Shown in pieces: positions 8,334 to 16,392 of a DNA stretch of 18,883 nucleotides. The DNA lies in contig JAURAC010000045.1 of assembly GCA_030586555.1 (NCBI GenBank), positions 1-18,883 on the forward strand, written 5' to 3'. Source of the DNA: Candidatus Subterrananammoxibius californiae. GTDB taxonomy: Bacteria > Planctomycetota > Brocadiia > Brocadiales > Subterrananammoxibiaceae. Numbering within the stretch: position 1 is the stretch's first letter; each line of letters begins with the position of its first letter. Both the position numbers and the translations under genes were made by a program. Below the pieces are notes generated by a model. It ran no database searches. It saw only the letters and a list, made by a program, of their open reading frames with translations, and was not told the origin of the DNA.

Positions 8334-9650
8334 CTAAAATAGCCTATCCTGTATCTTTTTTCTATTATTAGGTTTAAGCAAAGTATATATAGGCTCTTTT
8401 TCTACATCTTTTCTTTCTCTGCCGTACCTTTTGCGTGAAAGATTAAGCACTTTATCCTTATTAGTACCTATTCCACATTCCAAAGGTGGCAAAGTAACCG
8501 CACTAAATGGTCTTGAGGTAACGCCGTCTATTACGAGTTTTAGGTAGATGTGATACCTGGGGAGATTAAGCAGGCCTTCTTTGTTAAAAACATCATGGAA
8601 TTCTCTTTCTATGAAGCCTGCATCTGAGGCGCCAACCTTGAAGGAAATAATTGTTCCTACATTTCCAAATACTGCTGACCTTGTCTCTTCAGTAAGCTGT
8701 TCAAGGTATTGATTCGCACAGGTTAAACTAAGGTGATACTTTCTGGATTCACTCAGCATATGGGCAACGCTCATGGTAGAAAATGTTTGGAACTCATCCA
8801 GGTAAAGGTAAAAGTCCTTCCTTTCATGCTCGGGTTGCCCTGCCCGCTTTAGCGCCTCAAACTCAATGGCAGTTATGAGGAGCGAACCCAACAGGGCGCT
8901 CACGTCCTCTCCAATCCTACCTTTTGAAAGGTTAGCTAAAAGTATACCCTTCTCATTCATTATTTTCCCTATATCAAATGTACTCTTTTTCTGTCCTATT
9001 ATGTTCCTCAATATTGGATAAACAAGGAACTGGCCCACCTTGTTTAATATAGGTGATATTGCCTCCGTCTTGAGGTAGGCAGAATATTTCTCAAACTCAT
9101 TTATCCAAAAGTTTCTTAATTCTGGGTCTTTGACTTTTACCACAATAACGCTTCGAAAGTCTTTGTTGGTAAGCATCCTTGAAACATCAAGAAGGGTAGC
9201 CCCCTCGTAATATAACAGTGAGAGTACGGTATTCCTCAGGATGTATTCCAGCCTCGGCCCCCAGAACTCAGGCCAGAGTTTTTTAAAGGTACTTATCAAT
9301 CGGGACGCCACGAGATGATGCTTGGAAGGGCCTACGTTCTCCAGCACATTTAACCCTATGGGGTATTCTAAATCGGCAGGGTTAAAGTAAACAACATCTT
9401 TCAATCTTTCTTCAGGCACATAGTCCAGTAAGTCTTCGACCAAGTCTCCGTGAGGGTCAAGGACTGCAAGGTTCTCGCCCGCTATCATATCGGAGACGAT
9501 AAGATTCTTAAGCAAGGTTGATTTACCCATCCCTGTCTTACCAATGATGTACTTATGGTATCTTCTGTCCTTCCTCTTTATCCCGAACTTGACAATCCTG
9601 CTGGGGTGATTAGTCTCAGCAAAGTATGTAATCTCGTCTTCATAATCCAT
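8334..9650 (-). CDS. VirD4/TraD/TrwB-like type IV secretion coupling ATPase (FtsK-HerA superfamily), no N-terminal TM anchor
   Basis: Walker A IIGKTGMGKS, VLDPHGDL, Walker B FYLYLDEFQ, LSESRKY..SLTCANQYLEQL, AVFGNVGTIISFKVG. Confidence 0.9.
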   Translation of the reverse strand: MDYEDEITYFAETNHPSRIVKFGIKRKDRRYHKYIIGKTGMGKSTLLKNLIVSDMIAGENLAVLDPHGDLVEDLLDYVPEERLKDVVYFNPADLEYPIGLNVLENVGPSKHHLVASRLISTFKKLWPEFWGPRLEYILRNTVLSLLYYEGATLLDVSRMLTNKDFRSVIVVKVKDPELRNFWINEFEKYSAYLKTEAISPILNKVGQFLVYPILRNIIGQKKSTFDIGKIMNEKGILLANLSKGRIGEDVSALLGSLLITAIEFEALKRAGQPEHERKDFYLYLDEFQTFSTMSVAHMLSESRKYHLSLTCANQYLEQLTEETRSAVFGNVGTIISFKVGASDAGFIEREFHDVFNKEGLLNLPRYHIYLKLVIDGVTSRPFSAVTLPPLECGIGTNKDKVLNLSRKRYGRERKDVEKEPIYTLLKPNNRKKIQDRLF

Positions 9651-9845
9651 AAGAAAATGTCCTCTTCATTAATCTATCACACACGTTATACCTTTAAACC
9701 CGCTCATTTTTGCCCTTTTAGTACAATCTACCAGTCTTACAGGGTTCCAAAGTCTTATCTATCCTGAAAGGAGTTTAGTGTTGGCTCTTTGACAATAGGG
9801 CAAAGACCAAGTTTTTTGGGAATTTTTTTATAGGGAGGTAAGACT

Positions 9846-10763
9846 GTGATGAATGAGAAGGAATTGAAGTTAAGGAAGGAAAAGGCTGTAGGATTGAGGG
9901 CTTATAGGCTGGAAGAAAACTTCTATGCCGTGGAGTCTTCCGATGGGGACAGGTTTTACAAGGTCTTAAAAGATGAAGAAAGAATGTTATGCGCCTGCCC
10001 TGATTTTACAAGGCACGGCGGAGAGAATGGCTGGAAGTGCAAGCATATCCTTGCGGTGGAACAATCACTGGAGAATTGCCTTGAGTCATCAGCCACAAGC
10101 CATTCCTCTCGGCAGTGCCAGGGGTTTGACCGAAAGCTCCTTGAAGCGCCATTTGAGCCCTCTCAGGTAAGGCAGCGAAAAGGTGCTTTCGGGGATGTTC
10201 TGGATTACGTAGAGGGACACACGGTAATAAGGAAACTTAACGATGCTTTTGACGGTAAATGGAGTTTTGAGGTTATTGACCACAAGATTCTCGATGAAGA
10301 AGCGGTAGTGTTGGCAAGGCTTAAGGTAGACGGGATTAGCAAGATGCAGTTCGGCTCTTCTAAGATTACCCGTTCTAAAGAGGATAATGCTCAGGTCTCC
10401 ATAGGAGACGACCTCAAGGCAGCAACCACCGACGCCCTTAAGAAAGCGGCTACACACTTCGGCGTAGGTCTCCATTTATATGAGGAGAAGAATGCAGTAG
10501 AGTTTCCATTTGGTGATAATTCTGCTTCCGAGGAAAAGGATGAACCTGAAGACAACCACAAGCCTCAGAGACTCACGAATAAGCAACTTGCTTTCATCTA
10601 CTCCATTGCTAAGGAAAAAGGGATTAGCCAAAAAGACTTAGAGCAAAGGATACTCGATGTCTTTAAGAAGCGGCCAGAGTACCTTACAAAACAAGAGGCT
10701 TCGGAGGTAATTAAGAAACTTCAAGAGATTGAGGTAAACGTACCCACGGGTACTGAAGGTTAA
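9846..10763 (+). CDS. SWIM zinc finger fused to Rad52/Rad22-family single-strand annealing domain
   Basis: N-terminal CACPDF...CKHILAV (SWIM CxC..CxH). Core LDYVEGHTVIRKLNDAF..WSFEV...DDLKAATTDALKKAATHFGVGLHLY (Rad52/Sak family). C-terminal LTNKQLAFI..LTKQEASEVI module. GGGAGG RBS. Confidence 0.9.
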   Translation: MMNEKELKLRKEKAVGLRAYRLEENFYAVESSDGDRFYKVLKDEERMLCACPDFTRHGGENGWKCKHILAVEQSLENCLESSATSHSSRQCQGFDRKLLEAPFEPSQVRQRKGAFGDVLDYVEGHTVIRKLNDAFDGKWSFEVIDHKILDEEAVVLARLKVDGISKMQFGSSKITRSKEDNAQVSIGDDLKAATTDALKKAATHFGVGLHLYEEKNAVEFPFGDNSASEEKDEPEDNHKPQRLTNKQLAFIYSIAKEKGISQKDLEQRILDVFKKRPEYLTKQEASEVIKKLQEIEVNVPTGTEG

Positions 10764-10775
10764 GGGAGAAGGACT

Positions 10776-11603
10776 ATGCTTGAAGAAAAGGCGAAGGTTA
10801 AGTTAGAGGAGAAAAGGAACGAATTGCACATCTCTTATGGTCAGATTCGCACCTATCTCACTTGTCCGAGGCGATACCGCTATCAATATGTAATGGGCAT
10901 GGAGTGGGAAGAAGTCCCGGCTGGGCTTGTCTTTGGCAAGGCTATTCATGAGGCAGTTGCAGGCTACTACAGGCAAATAAGAAAATTAGGTAGTGCATCA
11001 CATGAGGATATGCTGAAGGCCTACAGGGCAACCTGGGAAAGAGAAAGTAAGAAAGGATCAGTTTCTTATAAGAAGAAAGAGACAGAGGACTCACTCTCGA
11101 ACCAGGCTGTCTGGCTTTTAGAGGTTTTTATGAAGAATGCAAACCCAGGAAAGATTGAGGCAGTTGAGATGCCTTTCTCCGTAGAGATTGTACCTTCAGA
11201 TGGGGCAAGACCCATGCCATATAAGCTGGTAGGTGTCTTTGACCTCGTTGAATCTGATAATGAGGGAAACTTCATTATCTCTGAACTAAAAACCGCTTCA
11301 AGGAGACAGGGTGAGGATGAGTACGATTCCCACCTTCAGGCTACTATCTACAGTTACGCCCTCAAGATGCTGGGATATACCACTTCTGAGAAAAAGACTT
11401 TAGTAAGGTATGATGTTCTTTTAAAGACAAAGAAAGGTGAGTTTGAGCGGTACTACGTGGTAAAGACCGAAAAGGACTACCAGAGGATGTTCCCTTTAAT
11501 AAAAGACATCCTCAAAGCCATTGAACAGGAGATTTACTATCCGAGAGATGGCTGGTACTGTAGCGACTGCCCCTTTAAGGGTGCATGCCAGAAAGATGTG
11601 TAA
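10776..11603 (+). CDS. PD-(D/E)XK nuclease, AddB/Cas4-like with probable 4Fe-4S cluster
   Basis: HISYGQI..YLTCPRRY, FGKAIHE, GVFDLV, ISELKT, LQATIY, and C-terminal CSDCPFKGAC (1+3 Cys arrangement). Confidence 0.9.
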   Translation: MLEEKAKVKLEEKRNELHISYGQIRTYLTCPRRYRYQYVMGMEWEEVPAGLVFGKAIHEAVAGYYRQIRKLGSASHEDMLKAYRATWERESKKGSVSYKKKETEDSLSNQAVWLLEVFMKNANPGKIEAVEMPFSVEIVPSDGARPMPYKLVGVFDLVESDNEGNFIISELKTASRRQGEDEYDSHLQATIYSYALKMLGYTTSEKKTLVRYDVLLKTKKGEFERYYVVKTEKDYQRMFPLIKDILKAIEQEIYYPRDGWYCSDCPFKGACQKDV

Positions 11604-11611
11604 GGTGAATT

Positions 11612-11875
11612 ATGGTTAGATGGCTAAAGAAGCCAAGACCAGGGGAGCTCATCAAGACTCCTCACGGCATGGCTGAGGTGATTACCGTAATGGATTGGAA
11701 CGAGGTTAAAGAAGGGTTTAACTCGGCAAAGGAAAGGCGAGATTTCATATATAGGGTCGAGTTCTTCTTAGGTAGAGTTGAGAGGTACTTTGAGTTTGTT
11801 GTGAAGTATCTGGACAATGGTGAATATGGTATCCACGATTGGTCAGAATACCATGATAACTTTTCATATCATTAG
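11612..11875 (+). CDS. Hypothetical protein
   Basis: 87-aa ORF, co-oriented, 8 nt after the nuclease; AAGGTG upstream. Confidence 0.65.
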   Translation: MVRWLKKPRPGELIKTPHGMAEVITVMDWNEVKEGFNSAKERRDFIYRVEFFLGRVERYFEFVVKYLDNGEYGIHDWSEYHDNFSYH

Positions 11876-11945
11876 GAGGATTCCATGTGCGATAACTAAA
11901 GAGAAGCCCGTTTCAAGAGGAAAGGATACTTAAAGAGTAAAAAGC

Positions 11946-11980
11946 TAAGTCAGGGAGGCCCGTGTGACCTCCCTGGCTTA
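11946..11980 (+). terminator. Strong stem-loop (terminator/attenuator-like)
   Basis: taagtcagggagg, 9-nt loop, cctccctggctta; 13-bp stem with one G-U pair; only a short U tail. Confidence 0.55.
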
Positions 11981-12012
11981 CAAACTTAAACCTGAAAACA
12001 TGGAGGTGTAAG

Positions 12013-12258
12013 ATGACTGCAATATATGTACTCAAGCTTGAAAAGGTAGTAAGCATTACAAAAGAGGAAGAAAATGCAATTTATGATTCAGCCGAGACGC
12101 TCGATAGCAACCCAGAACTCTTCCTGCCCAGTGCATTTTTCAGCGATTCTGACTTTTCAGAGAACAGGAAAGAGCTTGAGGCAAAGGTAACCCCTGAGAC
12201 CTTGAAGGTCTTAAAAGAACTATCCACAACGGGTGAAAGTTTTGTTATATGCAATTAA
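12013..12258 (+). CDS. Hypothetical acidic protein
   Basis: 81-aa ORF with GGAGGT RBS. Confidence 0.7.
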   Translation: MTAIYVLKLEKVVSITKEEENAIYDSAETLDSNPELFLPSAFFSDSDFSENRKELEAKVTPETLKVLKELSTTGESFVICN

Positions 12259-12283
12259 AACAATTGAAAGGAGGTAACTTAAA

Positions 12284-13198
12284 ATGGAATTCTTTAATCT
12301 GAAAAATCCACAATTAGTACCATTTAATCTGGATGAAATCATAAAAGACGGTACGGACTCCGCATGGGGTCAACTCTGTGATCAGTCTGGGATAGGCGAA
12401 CTCAAGGCATTACCCCGTGATACCTCTCTGCCTGCCCTTGAATATAGGGCAGTTGAGCGCCAGCTTTCCCAGAGGATGAAGATGGTGAAGGCAAACGGGA
12501 ATATCTGTGGACTGGTATCATCAAAGATTTCGGAGATTATTAACCCTTTAAGCCTCACCTCGCTTACTGAGAGGTTTAACTGCCTCATAGATGTGAAGGG
12601 AGGCGACCTGCGGTGGAGTACAATCTCATTTTACAGAAAAGACTACACAATAGCAGAGCAATACAATCCCGGGGTAGAGATCGAACTTAGTCCCACCTAT
12701 GAATTTTCCACACGTGTCAGTCCTTATATCTTCAGGCAGATTTGCAGTAACGGGGCAGTGGCAAAATATACCTTTCAGACAAGACAGGTGGGATTCTTTG
12801 ATTCTGAGGAGTTTCTTGAAGTGGTGGAGTCGTGCTTTGAGAGAGCCGAAAGGTGCGGGGAGACCCTTAACCGATATCGTGATAATGTCTTAACTGGTAA
12901 CAAAGCAAAGTCCATATCTCAGGGACTGGCTATATTAGGGATCACTGCCCGCAAGCCCTTACTGGGATTTCTGTACGAGACCTTTAATGAAGAGGAACGT
13001 CTTAACCTCATTGACATCTTTAATGCCATTACTGCCTTTGCCAGAGGTCTTGAGCTTCAAAAGATGAGACAACTTCAGCGTAAGGTAACTGAGAGGTTTG
13101 ACATGAAGCCCTGTCCTGTTTGCAATAAACTGGTAGACGCATCTCTCGTAGACTCAAAGGTCACATCATGTAATGAGGCTTTAGAAAAACATGTTTAA
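12284..13198 (+). CDS. DUF932/DUF945-like mobile-element protein
   Basis: RQICSNG motif and LIDIFNAIT near the C-terminus resemble DUF932 proteins; terminal CPVC; AGGAGGT RBS. Confidence 0.6.
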   Translation: MEFFNLKNPQLVPFNLDEIIKDGTDSAWGQLCDQSGIGELKALPRDTSLPALEYRAVERQLSQRMKMVKANGNICGLVSSKISEIINPLSLTSLTERFNCLIDVKGGDLRWSTISFYRKDYTIAEQYNPGVEIELSPTYEFSTRVSPYIFRQICSNGAVAKYTFQTRQVGFFDSEEFLEVVESCFERAERCGETLNRYRDNVLTGNKAKSISQGLAILGITARKPLLGFLYETFNEEERLNLIDIFNAITAFARGLELQKMRQLQRKVTERFDMKPCPVCNKLVDASLVDSKVTSCNEALEKHV

Positions 13199-13565
13199 TA
13201 TTTCAGATTTTACACACGAACCATTAAAGGTAAGACCTTTTGGAGATGTGGTTGGCAAGTACCCGATTCCTTTCCTGAAGCATCTCTTTGATTATGCCAC
13301 AAGGTATGATGTGGAAAAAGGCACAAAGGAAAACGGCTTCATCTTTGACCGGCGCCTTGGCGCTATTAATGTCTGGGACTGGAAAAGGGGAGTGATTTAT
13401 ACAACCCTCTATGCCAACTGGTCTACAGGAGCGGTAACACTCCAGAAAGGAACCTTGAAGGAAAGCGAAAGCTGGACACCAGGACAGGCATCCATCTTTT
13501 GGACAAAGGTCTTTGCCAATGTGAAATCAAACAAACCTACGGTTCTTTTTGCTAATAAGGAGTAA
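13191..13565 (+). CDS. Hypothetical protein
   Basis: 124-aa ORF overlapping the previous stop by 8 nt and followed by a terminator. Confidence 0.7.
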   Translation: MFNISDFTHEPLKVRPFGDVVGKYPIPFLKHLFDYATRYDVEKGTKENGFIFDRRLGAINVWDWKRGVIYTTLYANWSTGAVTLQKGTLKESESWTPGQASIFWTKVFANVKSNKPTVLFANKE

Positions 13566-13573
13566 GAAAAATT

Positions 13574-13603
13574 AAGGGAGATGTAAAATGCATCTCCCTT
13601 TTT
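13574..13603 (+). terminator. Rho-independent terminator
   Basis: aagggagatg, loop, catctccctt, followed by a T-run, 8 nt after the stop codon. Confidence 0.85.
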
Positions 13604-13652
13604 ATGTATTCTGTTACTGTATCAATACACAATATTGATTTTTTTTCTTTGC

Positions 13653-13681
13653 TTGATAATCTAATGGCAAGGGATTATAAT
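13653..13681 (+). promoter_or_regulatory. Sigma70 promoter of the LivK-peptide-prenyl synthase operon
   Basis: TTGATA (13653-13658), 17-bp spacer, TATAAT (13676-13681). Confidence 0.72.
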
Positions 13682-13739
13682 GTCCACAATTAAAGGTGTC
13701 GAACTTTTATAAATTAAAGCAAAAAAGACGTTAAAAATT

Positions 13740-14882
13740 ATGAAAAAACTATGGATTACAGCTGGTATCGTAGCAGTGGTGGTTTTAGCTGTTGTGCTTA
13801 CTGTAATTCAGACAAAAAAAGAACCGGATGAAATAAAGATTGGGGCAATATTACCGTTGACTGGTGATGCGACCCTTTATGGAGAAAGTCCAAAGAAAGG
13901 GATCGATTTAGCTGTGGAGCAAATAAACAATAAGGGAGGAATAAAAGGGGGAAAATGTATAGTTATCTTTGAGGACAGCAAAGCCGTTCCCGCAAGTGGT
14001 GTTGCCGCTTTTCAGAAGCTCGTTAATGTTCAGAAAGTTTCAGCAATAATCGGAGATGCTGCGAGCTCTGTTACGCTTGCCTTTGCTCCACTTGCAGAGA
14101 AGAATAAAGTGGTGGTACTGTCACCTCTGTCAAGTGCACCTGCTATTACAAATGCCGGGGATTTTATATTTCGCATTGTGCCATCTGATTTGTTTGGTGG
14201 AAAAGTGGCGGGGTATTTTGCTGTAGAAGATCAAGGCTGGAGAAAATTGGCTGTTCTCTTTGTTAATAATGATTTTGGAGTTGGGCTAAAACAGGTTTTT
14301 TCCAAAGAAGTGGAGAGCTTGGGTGGTACAATCGTTGCAAGTGAAGCTTATGAGCAAGGCGCCACGGATTTTCGTACTCAACTCCTCAAAATTAAATCCG
14401 CTATTCCTGAAGCGATATTTTTGATAGGATATAGAGAATCACCTCAAATTCTAATACAGGCTAAGGAAATAGGACTAAAAACAAAATTTCTCGGTACAGG
14501 GGTTCTTGAGGATCCCAATGTTATTAAAGTTGCAAAGGATGCAGCCGAAGGGATTTATTTTACGCAATTACAGTATGATGTTACTTCCAACGAACCTATT
14601 GTAGAGAACTTTGTAAGTGAATTTATTGAACGATACAATTCTAAACCGGACATTTTTGCTGCTTACGGATACGATGCGATGTCGGTTCTTGCTTTAGCAA
14701 TAGAAAGGAGTAACTTGACACCAGAAAGTATTAGAGATCAACTATACAAGATAAGAAATTTCAAAGGAGTAACAGGGGATATTTCTTTTGATGAAAGTGG
14801 AGATGTAATTCAACCTATGGGTATAAAAACTGTAAAAAGTGGAGAGTTTGTATGGTTTAAAAAAGAAATTTTTATTAAATAA
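13740..14882 (+). CDS. ABC transporter substrate-binding protein, LivJ/LivK (HAAT, periplasmic binding protein type I) family
   Basis: N-terminal anchor; IKIGAILPLTG..A.YG, GIDLAVEQIN..GGIKG, FIFRIVPSD, TDFRTQLLKIK, AAYGYDA, FKGVTGDISFDESGD. Confidence 0.95.
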   Translation: MKKLWITAGIVAVVVLAVVLTVIQTKKEPDEIKIGAILPLTGDATLYGESPKKGIDLAVEQINNKGGIKGGKCIVIFEDSKAVPASGVAAFQKLVNVQKVSAIIGDAASSVTLAFAPLAEKNKVVVLSPLSSAPAITNAGDFIFRIVPSDLFGGKVAGYFAVEDQGWRKLAVLFVNNDFGVGLKQVFSKEVESLGGTIVASEAYEQGATDFRTQLLKIKSAIPEAIFLIGYRESPQILIQAKEIGLKTKFLGTGVLEDPNVIKVAKDAAEGIYFTQLQYDVTSNEPIVENFVSEFIERYNSKPDIFAAYGYDAMSVLALAIERSNLTPESIRDQLYKIRNFKGVTGDISFDESGDVIQPMGIKTVKSGEFVWFKKEIFIK

Positions 14883-14900
14883 TTAAGGAGAAAACAATCT

Positions 14901-15062
14901 ATGCCACAATATCTTCCACATATACATAAGATATTTAAGCTTATTAAAGCATACAAAAAAGAACTTGAAGCGGAATTGATCAAGAAACCACATAATGGAA
15001 AAAAGATTCCCACAAAACAGAAAAAATATGTTGTTAATAATTTGAGAAGAGTTGAGAATTAA
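14901..15062 (+). CDS. Small basic 53-aa peptide not in the ORF track (MPQYLPHIHKIFKLIKAYKKELEAELIKKPHNGKKIPTKQKKYVVNNLRRVEN)
   Basis: AAGGAG RBS at 14885-14890, ATG 14901, TAA 15060-15062 abutting the next ATG. Exactly fills the intergenic gap. Confidence 0.7.
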   Translation: MPQYLPHIHKIFKLIKAYKKELEAELIKKPHNGKKIPTKQKKYVVNNLRRVEN

Positions 15063-16082
15063 ATGCATAACACACCCAAGAAAATTAACCTAATTAAGCT
15101 ACTAGATGAGATTACGGAAGTTACTACAAACTGGATACGGGAAAACGTATTGAGAGATGATTATGGTAAATTAAAACCGTTGATAGAACATGCGCTGACA
15201 TCTACAACTCCTGCAAGTGACCGTGCATTGATGCTCAGACTGGGATGCGAGCTTAAAGGAGAAGATTGGCTTACAGCCCTCCCTGGAATGGCTTCGTGGG
15301 AACTTCTTAACATTAATCTGCTTGTAACAGACGACTTTTTTGATAAAAGAACAACAGTCAGAATGGGCAGAAAGACTATAAGTCAAAGATATGGAGATGA
15401 AGCCTGTGTTGCTTTGGGTTTTATCCTCAAATCTCTTGCGAGTGAAACCCTCATATCCGCATGGAACAAATCTGCAAGGTGGAGTCTCCGTGATGCGATG
15501 GAAGTCTTAGAATGGGCAACAAAATGGCTTTATTATAGCCAGTTTCAAGAAGATGAGTTAGTAAAGCTACCTCTTTCTAAATGTACTTTGGAAATGTATA
15601 TAGATCTTATAAAAAACGCAACTTCCATTGGAATTGCTGGTGCATTTGAACTGGGATGCATAATGGGAGGCAGTTATAAAGAAGAAAGAAGTAGATTCAG
15701 AGACTTTGGAATAGATTTAGGCTACGTTTTTCAGATAAGGGATGACTTAATAGATTATATCTATAATGACTCTTTGATCCAAAAAGGACCTTTTAACGAT
15801 TTGTTTACAAAGAGGAGAAGGTTACCACTTCTTGTTGCCTATTGGGAAGGTACAAGTTTGGAAAAGAGACAAATTGAAGGAATCTTAAGAAAAAATAAGC
15901 TTACCCATAAGGATGCTCTGGTAATTACCGAGATGATTGTTTCACAAAAGGTTAAGAAGAGAATCTTAAGCATTTCAGGTAAGATTGCAGACAGTGCAAA
16001 GAAAAAATTAACTGGTCTTCCTACCTGCCAACCAGCTAAATACATACTTTTGGACCTTATAGAATTAGCGATGGACTTGTGA
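15063..16082 (+). CDS. Polyprenyl synthetase (trans-isoprenyl diphosphate synthase fold) family protein, atypical
   Basis: First Asp-rich motif LVTDDFFD..TVRMGR, second motif FQIRDDLID, FGIDLGYVFQ. The GGKRxR and KT motifs appear degenerate. Confidence 0.88.
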   Translation: MHNTPKKINLIKLLDEITEVTTNWIRENVLRDDYGKLKPLIEHALTSTTPASDRALMLRLGCELKGEDWLTALPGMASWELLNINLLVTDDFFDKRTTVRMGRKTISQRYGDEACVALGFILKSLASETLISAWNKSARWSLRDAMEVLEWATKWLYYSQFQEDELVKLPLSKCTLEMYIDLIKNATSIGIAGAFELGCIMGGSYKEERSRFRDFGIDLGYVFQIRDDLIDYIYNDSLIQKGPFNDLFTKRRRLPLLVAYWEGTSLEKRQIEGILRKNKLTHKDALVITEMIVSQKVKKRILSISGKIADSAKKKLTGLPTCQPAKYILLDLIELAMDL

Positions 16083-16083
16083 A

Positions 16084-16350
16084 ATGACAAAAGAAGAAAA
16101 GGAAGATTTATATAAGGAAAAACTATTTAGTCTTTTTTTGGTATCTTTTGGCGGACATAAATCAACCATGGATTGGCTCGCCAACTATTTTAGGTATCAT
16201 TATGATGAAAAAGAAGGGTTAAGCCACTTTTTTTTCTTAGAATACTTGCTTCTCGATCCATTGACGCGAAAAGATGGCTTCAAAAAGGCTATTGTATTTT
16301 GTCCGTTCTTGGAAAGGATGATTAAAGAGCAACAGTTTTTACCCAAATAG
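16084..16350 (+). CDS. Hypothetical; probably the N-terminal part of the downstream AAA+ gene, cut by an in-frame TAG
   Basis: Starts 1 nt after the synthase stop. Same frame as 16393-18066, with only TAG 16348-16350 between them. Confidence 0.6.
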   Translation: MTKEEKEDLYKEKLFSLFLVSFGGHKSTMDWLANYFRYHYDEKEGLSHFFFLEYLLLDPLTRKDGFKKAIVFCPFLERMIKEQQFLPK

Positions 16351-16392
16351 GGGGACATTAAGCTTGAAAATATTGATAATCATATTGATAGT

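Noticed and set aside
10776..11603. Cas4-like nuclease as evidence of CRISPR-Cas
   Set aside because: No repeat-spacer array or cas1/cas2 seen in the window; the context fits a mobile-element exonuclease.
14810..15068. Minus-strand ORFs 14810-15013 and 14883-15068
   Set aside because: Antisense to the plus-strand operon; the plus-strand 53-aa ORF with an RBS explains the gap better.
16348..16350. Genome-wide stop-codon reassignment
   Set aside because: TAG, TGA and TAA each end other well-supported genes here (e.g. transposase TAG, synthase TGA, doc TAA), so the standard code applies.
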